DNA from: an uncultured Ruminococcus sp.
GTDB taxonomy: Bacteria; Bacillota; Clostridia; Oscillospirales; Ruminococcaceae
DNA length: 52,573 nt
NCBI GenBank assembly: GCA_902797485.1
Contig: CADBTF010000228.1
Coordinates: 1-52,573 of the forward strand
Direction of reading: 5' to 3'
Shown: one piece after another, positions 1 through 9,030 of the stretch
Layout: each line of letters begins with the position of its first letter
Position numbering within the stretch: position 1 is the stretch's first letter
Made by a program: the position numbers and the translations under genes
Notes under the pieces: generated by a model
Seen by the model: only the letters and a program-made list of their open reading frames with translations
What the model was told of the DNA's origin: nothing
The model's database searches: none

Positions 1-288
1 AAAAAAGCGGTTCATTTTAGAAGCAGTGTCCCACCAATAATCATGGTTGCCCTTGGAGATGATCTTTCTTCCGGGAAGGTCATCAATGAACTTCATATCG
101 TTGTAGCAGTCCTTAATGGACATAGACCAGGAAATATCACCGGGGAGGACCACTGTGTCCTCCGGTTTTATTTTTCGTTTCCAGTTATATTCAAGTCTTT
201 CAACATAATTTTCCCAGCCGCCAAAAATATCCATTGGCTTTTCTACCGAAAGGGGAAGATGCAGGTCAGCGATAACAAATAAACTCAT
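1..288 (-). CDS. Calcineurin-like metallophosphoesterase (5' part; runs off the window edge)
   Basis: Manual translation MSLFVIADLHLPLSVEKPMDIFGGW...VVLPGDISW...ISKGNHDYWW shows DxH, GD and GNHD motifs; RBS AAGGAG upstream; absent from the ORF track because it is truncated. Confidence 0.9.
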   Translation of the reverse strand, partial: MSLFVIADLHLPLSVEKPMDIFGGWENYVERLEYNWKRKIKPEDTVVLPGDISWSMSIKDCYNDMKFIDDLPGRKIISKGNHDYWWDTASKMNRFF

Positions 289-306
289 CAAGCTCTCCTT
301 CTAAAT

Positions 307-335
307 GTATATTCCCTGAGCATAGGGGAATAATA
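307..335 (+). promoter_or_regulatory. Putative forespore sigma-G type promoter
   Basis: GTATA-N17-AATAATA fits the GHATR-N17/18-MAWAMTA consensus, upstream of the DUF1540-like gene. Confidence 0.45.
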
Positions 336-364
336 CTATCATAAAATCGAAAGGTGGGAAAACA

Positions 365-532
365 ATGTCAAAGAACACTTTAAGCTCTGTAAAATGTGAT
401 GTTACAAGCTGTGCTCATAATGTAGACGGGCAGGAATGCAGCGCAAAGGGTATCAGCGTATGCAGAACCTGCTCATGCCCCGACTGCCCTGACGAGACCC
501 TTTGCAGGACCTTTAAGGCAAGAGAAGAATAA
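365..532 (+). CDS. Small Cys-rich DUF1540-like protein (55 aa)
   Basis: Manual translation MSKNTLSSVKCDVTSCAHNVDGQECSAKGISVCRTCSCPDCPDETLCRTFKAREE; CxxxxCxHN...CxAxxIxV...TxCxTF pattern; RBS AAGGTGG; below the ORF-track cutoff. Confidence 0.8.
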   Translation: MSKNTLSSVKCDVTSCAHNVDGQECSAKGISVCRTCSCPDCPDETLCRTFKAREE

Positions 533-543
533 GCATCAAGAAA

Positions 544-569
544 TGCGCCTGTGAAATGCCACAGGCGCA
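544..569. terminator. Hairpin terminator between the convergent DUF1540-like gene and thrC
   Basis: TGCGCCTGTG-AAATGC-CACAGGCGCA, perfect 10-bp stem. Confidence 0.75.
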
Positions 570-575
570 GCTTTA

Positions 576-2072
576 TTATTCCTTGATACCGAGTGTCTCA
601 AACACATAGTTCTTCATGTCTGTCTTGTCGATAGTCTTGCTGAAGCGTATCTCCTTATCCTTGAGTGCAGCAAGAGATGCAGGAACAGGCAGCTTTGAGG
701 CATCAGCCAGCTTGTCAACGAGGGTAAACTCGTCAGCGTCAGTATCAACGCCGATAGCAGACAGCACAGAGCCTGAGAACTTATAGGGGCTTGCAGTAGA
801 AGCGATGACTGTTATTGTCTCATCATTGGTGGCAGCCTTATAATCCTGATAAACCTTAACTGCAACAGCTGTGTGAGTATCGCAGGTATAGGAATACTTA
901 TCATAGATGCCCTTGATGCAGGCCTTTGTCTGCTCATCATCACAGAAGCCGGCATAGAATTCCTCAGAGAGTACCTTCTTGACATCGTCGGTGACTTCAT
1001 ATCTGCCCTCAGAAGCAAGCTTGCCGAACCAGTCTCTTATAGCAGAATCGTCCTCACCGGAAAGGTGATAGAGAAGCCTTTCAAGATTAGAGGAGATAAG
1101 AATATCCATAGAGGGAGAAATTGTGGTATAGAACTTTCTGTTTCTGTCATAGATACCGGTCTTGATAAAATCGGTAAGAACGTTATTGGAGTTGGAGGCG
1201 CAGATAAGCTTGTTCACCGGAACGCCCATTTTCTTGGCATAGTAGCCGGCAAGAATGTTTCCGAAATTGCCGGTAGGAACTACGATATTGATAGGCTCGC
1301 CAAGGTCGATAGCCTGATCCTCCACAAGCTGGGCATAGGTGGAAACATAATAGATGATCTGCGGTGCAAGGCGGCCCCAGTTAATGGAATTAGCAGAGCT
1401 GAACTGCATTCCGTTAGCAGCAAGGGTGTCTGCTATCTCAGCGTTAGTGAAGATCGCCTTTACGCCGTTCTGTGCGTCGTCGAAGTTGCCCCTGATAGCG
1501 CAAACGCCGACATTTGCGCCCTCCTGAGTGGTCATCTGCTTTTTCTGCATAGCAGATACTCCGTCGTCCGGGTAGAACACAAGAATTTCAGTGTCCGGAA
1601 CTTCCTTGAAGCCCTCAAGAGCCGCCTTTCCGGTATCACCGGAGGTAGCAACAAGAATAACTATCTTCTTGCCAAGGTCAAGCTTCTTGGCAGAGGTCGT
1701 CAGCAGGTATGGCAGTATCTGCAATGCCATATCCTTGAATGCGCAGGTAGGGCCATGCCACAGCTCAAGCATATAGGTGCCGTTAAAGAGGTGAGCAAGC
1801 TCGCAGATATTGTTGGTGTCAAAGTTCTTATCGTTATATGCGTTATCTACGCAATAGTGTATCTCGCTATCGGTAAAGTCAGTCAGGTATTTGGAAAATA
1901 CGAAGAAGGCTCTTTCTGCATAGGCCATCTTTCCTAGAGCCTTGATGTCCTCAAGAGAGACAGCGGGTATCTCGGAGGGAACAAAAAGTCCGCCGTCCTT
2001 GGAAATGCCCTGAGCTATAGCCTGAGCAGAGGTAACATTCACAGAACTGTTTCTTGTGCTTTTGTAATACAT
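576..2072 (-). CDS. thrC: Threonine synthase
   Basis: DGGLFVP, ELWHGPTCAFKD (PLP lysine), ATSGDTG, NSINWGRL, PTGNFGNI motifs. Confidence 0.96.
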   Translation of the reverse strand: MYYKSTRNSSVNVTSAQAIAQGISKDGGLFVPSEIPAVSLEDIKALGKMAYAERAFFVFSKYLTDFTDSEIHYCVDNAYNDKNFDTNNICELAHLFNGTYMLELWHGPTCAFKDMALQILPYLLTTSAKKLDLGKKIVILVATSGDTGKAALEGFKEVPDTEILVFYPDDGVSAMQKKQMTTQEGANVGVCAIRGNFDDAQNGVKAIFTNAEIADTLAANGMQFSSANSINWGRLAPQIIYYVSTYAQLVEDQAIDLGEPINIVVPTGNFGNILAGYYAKKMGVPVNKLICASNSNNVLTDFIKTGIYDRNRKFYTTISPSMDILISSNLERLLYHLSGEDDSAIRDWFGKLASEGRYEVTDDVKKVLSEEFYAGFCDDEQTKACIKGIYDKYSYTCDTHTAVAVKVYQDYKAATNDETITVIASTASPYKFSGSVLSAIGVDTDADEFTLVDKLADASKLPVPASLAALKDKEIRFSKTIDKTDMKNYVFETLGIKE

Positions 2073-2111
2073 AATAATTCACCTTTCCTTATATACCGGC
2101 CGCAAAGCCGT

Positions 2112-2477
2112 TTACTTACTTGAATCGAATGCAGCAACATAATACTTCATGCTCATTCTGCCGCTGCTTTTCAGCTCTACGGCAGCCACATCGAAGCGGC
2201 AGCATTTATCCACGCTCTGCTGCGAAACATAGCTTTCTGCCGCAAATATCAGATGCTTTTTCTTGGCAGGAGTTATAGCCTCCTCGCCGGAGACCATTGC
2301 CCCCTCCTTGCGGAGCTTGACCTCCACAAAAGCTATCACATCATTTTTCTCAGCGATTATGTCTATCTCCCCGCCACGCACTGTGTAGTTGCGCTCAAGG
2401 ATCTGATAGCCGTTTTTCTGCAAGAACTCACAGACCATATTCTCGCCGAGATCACCTATTTTTCTGTTATTCGGCAT
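2112..2477 (-). CDS. yraN: YraN (UPF0102) family putative endonuclease
   Basis: GEIDIIA...FVEVKLR...RFDV; usual position after rnhB. Confidence 0.92.
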   Translation of the reverse strand: MPNNRKIGDLGENMVCEFLQKNGYQILERNYTVRGGEIDIIAEKNDVIAFVEVKLRKEGAMVSGEEAITPAKKKHLIFAAESYVSQQSVDKCCRFDVAAVELKSSGRMSMKYYVAAFDSSK

Positions 2478-3087
2478 CTTGCTTCGCCTTTTTTGCGTAA
2501 TACTTTTTCAGGAAGCTTGGCCTGTGTACCGGGCTTTCACCGAATTGATCGAGCATCTGATAATGAAGCTTAGTGCCGTAGCCCTTATGCTTTTCAAACT
2601 GCCACTGAGGATATTTTACTGCAAGCTCCTTCATGTATCTGTCTCTGGCCACTTTTGCGAGAATCGAAGCCGCAGCGATCGCCTGGCTCGTACCGTCGCC
2701 TTTGACAATAGCTTCACTGTCCGCCTCGAATTCAGGGGGCTGATTGCCGTCGATCAGAATAATATCAGGCTTGATCTGTAGCCCTGCAACTGCCCGCTGC
2801 ATGGCAAGCTTGGCAGCTTCAAGTATATTAAGCTTTTCTATCTCGTCAACAGAGGCCGTGGCGATGCACCATGCCAAAGCCTTTTCTATTATTTCGTCAA
2901 AGAGCTTTTCACGTTTCTTTTCGGTAAGCTTCTTGCTGTCGTTTATCTCATCTAAAACAACGCCCTCCGGGAATATGACCGCAGCGGCATAAACATCGCC
3001 TGCCAGCGGGCCACGGCCTGCTTCGTCTACTCCGCAGATATGCTTATATCTATCCCGGTAGGTGTTATCGAACTCAAAAAGTGTCAT
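2467..3087 (-). CDS. rnhB: Ribonuclease HII
   Basis: GVDEAGRGPLAG, DSKKL, KGD, AAASILAKV; ATG at 3087 chosen by the GAGGTG RBS (GTG at 3096 is an alternative). Confidence 0.96.
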   Translation of the reverse strand: MTLFEFDNTYRDRYKHICGVDEAGRGPLAGDVYAAAVIFPEGVVLDEINDSKKLTEKKREKLFDEIIEKALAWCIATASVDEIEKLNILEAAKLAMQRAVAGLQIKPDIILIDGNQPPEFEADSEAIVKGDGTSQAIAAASILAKVARDRYMKELAVKYPQWQFEKHKGYGTKLHYQMLDQFGESPVHRPSFLKKYYAKKAKQDAE

Positions 3088-3092
3088 ATCAG

Positions 3093-3983
3093 TCACCTCG
3101 GCCTTTCTAAAGACAGCCTTCCAAGCTTGCCGCTCCTGAACTCGTCCAGCACAGTTATGGCTGCTCTTTCGGTATTGATCTCTCCGCCAGAAATGAGAAA
3201 TCCCCGTTTCTTTCCTATTCGCTGCAAAATCTCAAAGCCCTGCACACAGCCGATAGTTTCATCATCATTCTCAGGAATATCCTCGGCTTCGATGCCGTAT
3301 CGCTCTGTAATAAGATCGGGGTATTCCTTATTCATATATTCCAGAAAGCGACAGGCCAGATACTCAATATCGGTGATCGTGTCCTTGACAGCGCCGGTAA
3401 AAGCAAGCATTTCGCCCACACGCTTATCCTCAAACTTAGGCCAAAGCACACCGGGCATATCAAGCAGCTCCATGTTATCCTCTAATGTCACCCACTGCTT
3501 TCCTCTGGTAACTCCCGGCCTGTCCTCCACCTTGGCACGCTTGGCACCTGCCAGCCTGTTGATAAAGGAACTCTTCCCCACATTCGGGATACCGACTATC
3601 ATAAGTCTGATGGGCCTGCCGGTCATGCCGTGAGCCTCCCACTGGGCCAGCTTATCTTTCATAAGCTCCTTCAGCGCAGCCTGAAATTTATTTACATTTT
3701 TGCCGCTTCTGCAATCAGTAGCAATAGCAGTTATACCCTTGCGCTTGTAATAGTCGAGCCACATGGAGGTAACGGTCTCGTCAGCGGCATCTGCCTTATT
3801 CAAAAGCAGCAGTCTGGGTTTTGAGCCCACAAGCCTGTCCATTTCAGGGTTGCGGCTGGAATAAGGTATCCTTGCATCGGTGATCTCCACAACTACATCA
3901 ACAAGCTTTAAGTTGGACTGCATTATGCGTCTGGTCTTGGCCATGTGGCCCGGGAACCATTGCACATTCGCTTCTCTGCTCAT
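3093..3983 (-). CDS. rbgA: Ribosome biogenesis GTPase YlqF/RbgA
   Basis: QWFPGHMAK, NKAD, GIPNVGKSS, PGVT, DMPG in circularly permuted order; start trimmed to the ATG after GGAGGTG. Confidence 0.96.
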   Translation of the reverse strand: MSREANVQWFPGHMAKTRRIMQSNLKLVDVVVEITDARIPYSSRNPEMDRLVGSKPRLLLLNKADAADETVTSMWLDYYKRKGITAIATDCRSGKNVNKFQAALKELMKDKLAQWEAHGMTGRPIRLMIVGIPNVGKSSFINRLAGAKRAKVEDRPGVTRGKQWVTLEDNMELLDMPGVLWPKFEDKRVGEMLAFTGAVKDTITDIEYLACRFLEYMNKEYPDLITERYGIEAEDIPENDDETIGCVQGFEILQRIGKKRGFLISGGEINTERAAITVLDEFRSGKLGRLSLERPR

Positions 3984-4001
3984 AAAGATCACCTCCATTG
4001 T

Positions 4002-4568
4002 TTATTTGATCGTTCCAAGCTTGCCCTCTTTTGAATAAAGCCGGAACACTGCCTTTCCTATTATCTCGTCTCTTGTGACGAAGCCGAATATTCTTCCGTC
4101 AGTGGAATGATTGCGGTTATCCCCAAGCACCAGATACTTATTAAAAGGCACCCTATACACATAGCGCTTGGAAGCTTCGTCATAGAACACATCAGCGAAG
4201 GCTTCCCGCTCATTCATAGTCTCTCTGACATACGGCTCCTCAAGGCGCTCGCCGTTTACATAGACTGCATTTTCTTTATAATCAATTTCCACCACATCAT
4301 TAGCCACGCCGATTATTCGTTTGACTATGATCTCTTTCATATTCTCGGAATTGATTATGACCACATCTCCCCGCTTGGGGGTATACATAAATTTGAAGCT
4401 GATAAGTCTGTCACCGTTAAAGAGTGTATTCTCCATGCTTTCGCCCACAACAGAAACGTTGTTCAGGACAAAGGTAAAAACACAGATAAACACAAACACT
4501 GCGATAATGACAGGCTCAATAAAATCAAAGATATTATCAAAGAGCTTTGACGCCTTACCTGCTCTCAT
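4002..4568 (-). CDS. lepB: Signal peptidase I (second copy)
   Basis: N-terminal TM helix, GESMENTL (Ser), IVKRIIG (Lys), LGDNRNHSTDGR. Confidence 0.93.
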   Translation of the reverse strand: MRAGKASKLFDNIFDFIEPVIIAVFVFICVFTFVLNNVSVVGESMENTLFNGDRLISFKFMYTPKRGDVVIINSENMKEIIVKRIIGVANDVVEIDYKENAVYVNGERLEEPYVRETMNEREAFADVFYDEASKRYVYRVPFNKYLVLGDNRNHSTDGRIFGFVTRDEIIGKAVFRLYSKEGKLGTIK

Positions 4569-5168
4569 TCAGCTTATAGAGCCAAAGCTCTTGAAGGGCA
4601 GGAACCTGAAAAATGCTTTGCCGAGAATATCCTCAAGGGGAACAAAACCCACATAAGAGGAGCGGCTGTCAGTCGAATGATTTCTGTTGTCACCAAGGGC
4701 AAAGACTGTTCCCTCCGGCACCTCATAAGAATAGACGTTGTCATCAGTCATATAGCTTTGGTCAAAAACTATGAGCCCACCCATCATAGCCTCACCGAGA
4801 TAGGTCTCGTCAAGCTTCTCGCCGTTAACTGTGACTGTGTTATTATTATAGTCGATAACTACCTTATCTCCGGCAACGCCTATGCAGCGCTTGATAATGC
4901 ACTTGTTCAGGCCCTTGGAATTGCACACGATAATATCTCCCCGTTCGGGCGTATAATTCAGGTGTGTGAGAATAAGGCGGTCTCCGTCGGTAAGAGTCGG
5001 GTTCATTGAAGGCCCGGAAACCTCAACAACTCTTAAAAAGAATATAAAAACCAAAATGACCGCAAAGATAGCGACCACAAAGGCCTCGACCCAATCCAGC
5101 AGTTCATCAACAAGAGCGGGCTTTTCTTCTTCTATTGCAACAGTTCCGGTATTTATTTCATCAGCCAT
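4569..5168 (-). CDS. lepB: Signal peptidase I (first copy)
   Basis: TM helix, GPSMNPTL, IIKRCIG, LGDNRNHSTDSR; the second ATG is better spaced from GAGG. Confidence 0.94.
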   Translation of the reverse strand: MADEINTGTVAIEEEKPALVDELLDWVEAFVVAIFAVILVFIFFLRVVEVSGPSMNPTLTDGDRLILTHLNYTPERGDIIVCNSKGLNKCIIKRCIGVAGDKVVIDYNNNTVTVNGEKLDETYLGEAMMGGLIVFDQSYMTDDNVYSYEVPEGTVFALGDNRNHSTDSRSSYVGFVPLEDILGKAFFRFLPFKSFGSIS

Positions 5169-5205
5169 TTGCATAACCTCATTCCGTGTTAATCTATACC
5201 ATAAT

Positions 5206-5234
5206 ATTATAACAAATTAGATCAAAGATTTCAA
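5206..5234 (-). promoter_or_regulatory. Sigma-A promoter for lepB-lepB-rbgA-rnhB-yraN-thrC
   Basis: TTGAAA-N17-TATAAT with TGn extended -10. Confidence 0.75.
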
Positions 5235-5287
5235 GTGCAAAAATGAAAAAATAACCAATACTACATATATTTTTTTGTACATAACGC

Positions 5288-5318
5288 AAAAAGAGCACCG
5301 CCATTCAGCGATGCTCTT
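5288..5318 (-). terminator. Rho-independent terminator of rplS
   Basis: AAGAGCATCGC-TGAATG-GCGGTGCTCTT followed by a T-run on the minus strand. Confidence 0.8.
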
Positions 5319-5328
5319 AATTGCAAGC

Positions 5329-5673
5329 TTACTTAACGAGCTCCTTGACCTTAGCGGCCTTACCAACTCTCTTGCGGAGATAGTACAGCTTAGCGCGGCG
5401 AACCTTACCGCTTCTAACGACCTCTACCTTCTCAACTACAGGGGAGTGTACAGGGAAAACTCTTTCGATACCGCAGCCATGAGCAACACGACGAACAGTA
5501 AATGTCTCGTGAATGCCGCCATGCTTCTTAGCGATAACAGTACCCTCGAAGATCTGGATCCTCGATTTGTCTCCCTCAGCGATCCTGACGTGTACCTTAA
5601 CGGTATCACCAACGTTGACTACGGGTGCATTTTCCTTCATGCTTGAGTTTGAAATCAGTTTTAAAGCGTCCAC
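5329..5673 (-). CDS. rplS: 50S ribosomal protein L19
   Basis: [38 protein letters not shown]; GTG start after GGAGGG. Confidence 0.98.
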   Translation of the reverse strand: MDALKLISNSSMKENAPVVNVGDTVKVHVRIAEGDKSRIQIFEGTVIAKKHGGIHETFTVRRVAHGCGIERVFPVHSPVVEKVEVVRSGKVRRAKLYYLRKRVGKAAKVKELVK

Positions 5674-5696
5674 TTTAAATACCCTCCTATTGTTTT

Positions 5697-5752
5697 CAGA
5701 TGTTCATACACTTTATCGCAGGCAGTGGCCTGCAAAGCCAGAGGACTATCCG
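5697..5752 (-). promoter_or_regulatory. Putative L19 leader (ribosomal protein autoregulatory RNA)
   Basis: GGATAGTCCTCTG...TATGAACATCTG just upstream of the rplS RBS; resembles the Firmicute L19 leader from memory; not tested with a covariance model. Confidence 0.5.
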
Positions 5753-5832
5753 CTTTAATGTCGTCCCGATGTTCACGGGGGTTGGCATTAACTCTCGTCG
5801 GCCAAAGCCGACGGTAATTCAAATGCTTAAAT

Positions 5833-5861
5833 ATTATACCATATATTGTGATCTATTTCAA
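5833..5861 (-). promoter_or_regulatory. Sigma-A promoter of rplS
   Basis: TTGAAA-N17-TATAAT with TG extension; implies a 5'UTR of about 150 nt. Confidence 0.75.
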
Positions 5862-5868
5862 GTCCGCA

Positions 5869-6573
5869 TCATATAAATTTTTCGCCTGATTTTGTCAGGA
5901 TTTTTGTGCGAGTTGTATAAATTGAATCGATTTCAAAGCCAAGATAGTTTTCAAAGGCCTGGGTCACAACATTGGTATTTAGATTAAACTCATTCCCTGC
6001 CGGGAGCCTGACAGCTATAACTGCCTCATCACTCTCCGGCTCGCAGGAGATCAGGGTGATGTGCGGCTTTATATCCACAAGGTTAACGCCTCTGCGCTTG
6101 GTGCGTTTTTCTATCTCTATCTTCTCCTGCCCGAGAAATCTTTTGAAAGCCTTGACGGTTTCTTCGCCGGTTAATTTGGTTTTGATACGCATAACATATT
6201 CAGCGGCGGCTATCTCGGTATGCTTCATGACCGGCTCCCCTGCCGAAAGTATCCTCAGGCCCTCAGGCATCTGCGCATTGATGCGGTCTCTCAGTTCCTC
6301 AAAGCCAAGCTTTTCCACAAGGGCAATGTCCAGAAGCTCAACGCTTGAATCTATGCCCAAAGACAGAGCCAAAGGGAACATCAGATAGGCATGGGGGTTG
6401 AAGCCCTGAGTGTACCACAAAGGAATATCCGCACGCTTGAACACCCGCTGAAAGGCTCTCATAAGGTCAAGGTGAGAGATGTATCTTGCTCTCCCCTTTT
6501 TCTCGAATATCAGACGGTATTCATATCTTATGATGCGAAGAGACTGATTCTTCGGCACAAGCATTTCAGCCAC
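5869..6573 (-). CDS. TIGR03936/DUF2344 radical SAM-linked protein
   Basis: FEKKGRARYISHLDLMRAFQR, YTQGFNPH; start moved to GTG 6573 after GGAGGTG, overlapping the upstream stop. Confidence 0.88.
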   Translation of the reverse strand: MAEMLVPKNQSLRIIRYEYRLIFEKKGRARYISHLDLMRAFQRVFKRADIPLWYTQGFNPHAYLMFPLALSLGIDSSVELLDIALVEKLGFEELRDRINAQMPEGLRILSAGEPVMKHTEIAAAEYVMRIKTKLTGEETVKAFKRFLGQEKIEIEKRTKRRGVNLVDIKPHITLISCEPESDEAVIAVRLPAGNEFNLNTNVVTQAFENYLGFEIDSIYTTRTKILTKSGEKFI

Positions 6574-8413
6574 AGTAAACACCTCCGCACTCTTTCTTGA
6601 TGCCGCAGCCTGAGCAGCCCTCGGCACAGTTGCGGGTGGTCTTGGCTTCGTGGGCTTTCTTGTTCTCATTGACAAGGAACCGGCGGGAGATCATATAGTC
6701 AAGGTGTGACCATGGCATTATCTCCTCATAGCTTCTGCGCCTGTTGGCATAAAAGGCAGTATCGGTGTTACATTCCCGGAAGGCCTCCTGCCACAGGTCA
6801 AAGCGAAAATATTCGTCCCAGCTGTCTAAGGTACAGCCCTTTTTCCAAGCGCAGTATATAGCTTTTGAAAGCCTTCTGTCTCCTCTGGCAAGAACTCCCT
6901 CCAGCACTGAAACGTTCTGCTGATGATAGCTGACCTTGATCTTCTTTGAGGATATGTTGTCAAGCAAATGGCCTTGCTTATGCTTGATCTCCTCAGGGGT
7001 GGACTGGGGCTCAAACTCAAAGGGGGTAAAGGGCTTGGGAACAAAGGTAGAAGCAGACACAGAGACCTGAACACTCTTTCCTCTCTGCTCCTTGGGTATC
7101 TCGTAGTAAAGGTCCACCACACGCTGGGCAAGCTCTGCAATGCCTTTGATGTCCTCATCGGTCTCCTCCGGCAGGCCAAGCATAAAATATAGCTTTACAT
7201 TCTGGTAGCCCTCAGAAAAGGCAAGGCGGCAGGTGCGGATTATTTCCTCCTCAGTGATGTTTTTGTTTATAACATCTCTAAGCCTTTGAGTGCCGGCTTC
7301 GGGAGCAAATGTGAGTCCGCTTTTTCGGACAGCAGCGATTCGGTCAACTATCTCCTTGCTCATGGTATCTATTCTGAGTGAGGGCAGAGAGAGATTGATC
7401 TTTTCTTTATCTGTATAGTCAGAAAGGCGTGTGAGCAGCTCAGTTATCTTCGTATGGTCGCTGGTAGAGAGTGATGACAAAGACACCTGCTCATAGCCGG
7501 TCTGCTCACAGAGGGATTTTGTCTCACGCTCGATAGTATCTATATTCTTTTCACGGAACGGGCGGTAGATAAACCCGGCCTGGCAAAAGCGGCAGCCTCT
7601 GATGCACCCCCGCAGCACCTCCACCACAACTCTGTCGTGGACGATCTCAGTGAAAGGCACAACAAAGCTGTCAGGGTAATAGGCGTGGTCGAAATCAGGT
7701 ATTACACGCTTGGTGATCTTGGGCTTGGCCTCCGGAACATTCGGAGTGATCGAAGAAACTGTTCCGTCCTCGTTATAGGCCACATCATAGAACTGCGGCA
7801 CATAGATGCCTTCGATTCTGGCAGCCTCCCGCAGGAACTGCTCCTTTGTCGGGCAGGAGGGCTTCATTTTCTCATAAAGCCTCATAAGCTCAAGGTTGAC
7901 TTCCTCGCCCTCGCCCAAAATGAACAGGTCAAAGAAATCCGCCATTGGCTCCGGATTGCAGACGCAGGGTCCGCCGCCGACAACTATAGGCGTTAAAGCC
8001 TTTCTGTCCTTGGCATACACGGGAAGGCCGGCAAGGTCAAGCATTTCAAGCACGTTTGTAAAGGACAGTTCATATTGCAGAGTAAAGCCTATAAAGTCAA
8101 AATCCCTGATAGGGTCAAGGCTTTCCAAAGCATACAACGGAATGTTATTCTTCCGCATATGGGCTTCAAAATCCTTTTCAGGCATGAACACCCGCTCACA
8201 CCAATAATTGGGAACAGCATTTTTCAGCCCGTAAAGTATCTTCATTCCAAGATGTGACATTCCAACATCATAAACGTCAGGAAAGCAAAAAGCGAACCGG
8301 ACATCTACCTTATCCTTATCCTTTACTACACTTCCCAGCTCACCGCCTATGTAGCGGGCGGGCTTCTGTGTCTTTAAAAGCAGCTGCTCAATTTTTTCCT
8401 TTATTTCCTTCAA
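6566..8413 (-). CDS. TIGR03960 family B12-binding-domain radical SAM protein
   Basis: KPARYIGGE, FPDVYDVGMSHLG, CIRGCRFC (CxxxCxxC), TFAPEAG, C-terminal Cys cluster. Confidence 0.92.
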   Translation of the reverse strand: MKEIKEKIEQLLLKTQKPARYIGGELGSVVKDKDKVDVRFAFCFPDVYDVGMSHLGMKILYGLKNAVPNYWCERVFMPEKDFEAHMRKNNIPLYALESLDPIRDFDFIGFTLQYELSFTNVLEMLDLAGLPVYAKDRKALTPIVVGGGPCVCNPEPMADFFDLFILGEGEEVNLELMRLYEKMKPSCPTKEQFLREAARIEGIYVPQFYDVAYNEDGTVSSITPNVPEAKPKITKRVIPDFDHAYYPDSFVVPFTEIVHDRVVVEVLRGCIRGCRFCQAGFIYRPFREKNIDTIERETKSLCEQTGYEQVSLSSLSTSDHTKITELLTRLSDYTDKEKINLSLPSLRIDTMSKEIVDRIAAVRKSGLTFAPEAGTQRLRDVINKNITEEEIIRTCRLAFSEGYQNVKLYFMLGLPEETDEDIKGIAELAQRVVDLYYEIPKEQRGKSVQVSVSASTFVPKPFTPFEFEPQSTPEEIKHKQGHLLDNISSKKIKVSYHQQNVSVLEGVLARGDRRLSKAIYCAWKKGCTLDSWDEYFRFDLWQEAFRECNTDTAFYANRRRSYEEIMPWSHLDYMISRRFLVNENKKAHEAKTTRNCAEGCSGCGIKKECGGVYCG

Positions 8414-8415
8414 AG

Positions 8416-8985
8416 CTATCCTCCGTTATTTACAACACAATCAACAATTATTATCAATAAGGTCGCAGCAAGCGACACTGGCATCTCACCCCGGCACACA
8501 GAAAGCACAGCCAAAAGCAAAAATGGACTCAGCAAGGTTATCTGCAAAGCCAGCGGAGGCTCAGCGCAGAACAGTTCCTCATAAAGCCTTCCGCCGTCAA
8601 AGTAGCGGAAAGGCAAAAGATTAAAGGCTCCCAAAAGCAGATTAACTCCTGTAAATACCGAGCCCAGCCCCCACAGCCAGCCCAGCAGCGCAAGACTGAG
8701 ATTTACCAAAACTCCTGCCAGCAGTATCACTGCTGCCCTGCACTTTGAGCAGCGGAGCCCTCTCTCAGGGAGCATTATCCCTCCAGCGTAGAATGTGATA
8801 CTTTCGGGTGGCCGGTCAAGGGCTGTCATTGCAATGATATGCCCCAGCTCATGGGCCAGCGAGCACAGCAGAGCCGATATAAGCTCCCACTGGCAGTTCC
8901 CGGCAGCGGCTGCCGAAAAACCTATAACTGCAAAAAATGCAAAGGTAAAACGCAGCCTTATCTTAAAAAGCAAGATCTCAAGCAT
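8416..8985 (-). CDS. M50 site-2 membrane metalloprotease, SpoIVFB-like
   Basis: HELGH, FNLLPFRYFDGGR (NPDG-like motif), hydrophobic; clostridial synteny with TIGR03960. Confidence 0.8.
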   Translation of the reverse strand: MLEILLFKIRLRFTFAFFAVIGFSAAAAGNCQWELISALLCSLAHELGHIIAMTALDRPPESITFYAGGIMLPERGLRCSKCRAAVILLAGVLVNLSLALLGWLWGLGSVFTGVNLLLGAFNLLPFRYFDGGRLYEELFCAEPPLALQITLLSPFLLLAVLSVCRGEMPVSLAATLLIIIVDCVVNNGG

Positions 8986-9030
8986 ATAGTTATCACCTAT
9001 TAAACTATACGCTTGAAATCACTTGATAAT

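Noticed and set aside
43-282. 79-aa plus-strand ORF in the track
   Set aside because: Antisense to the metallophosphoesterase, which has clear catalytic motifs and an RBS
873-1937. 354-aa plus-strand ORF
   Set aside because: Antisense shadow inside thrC; no motif support
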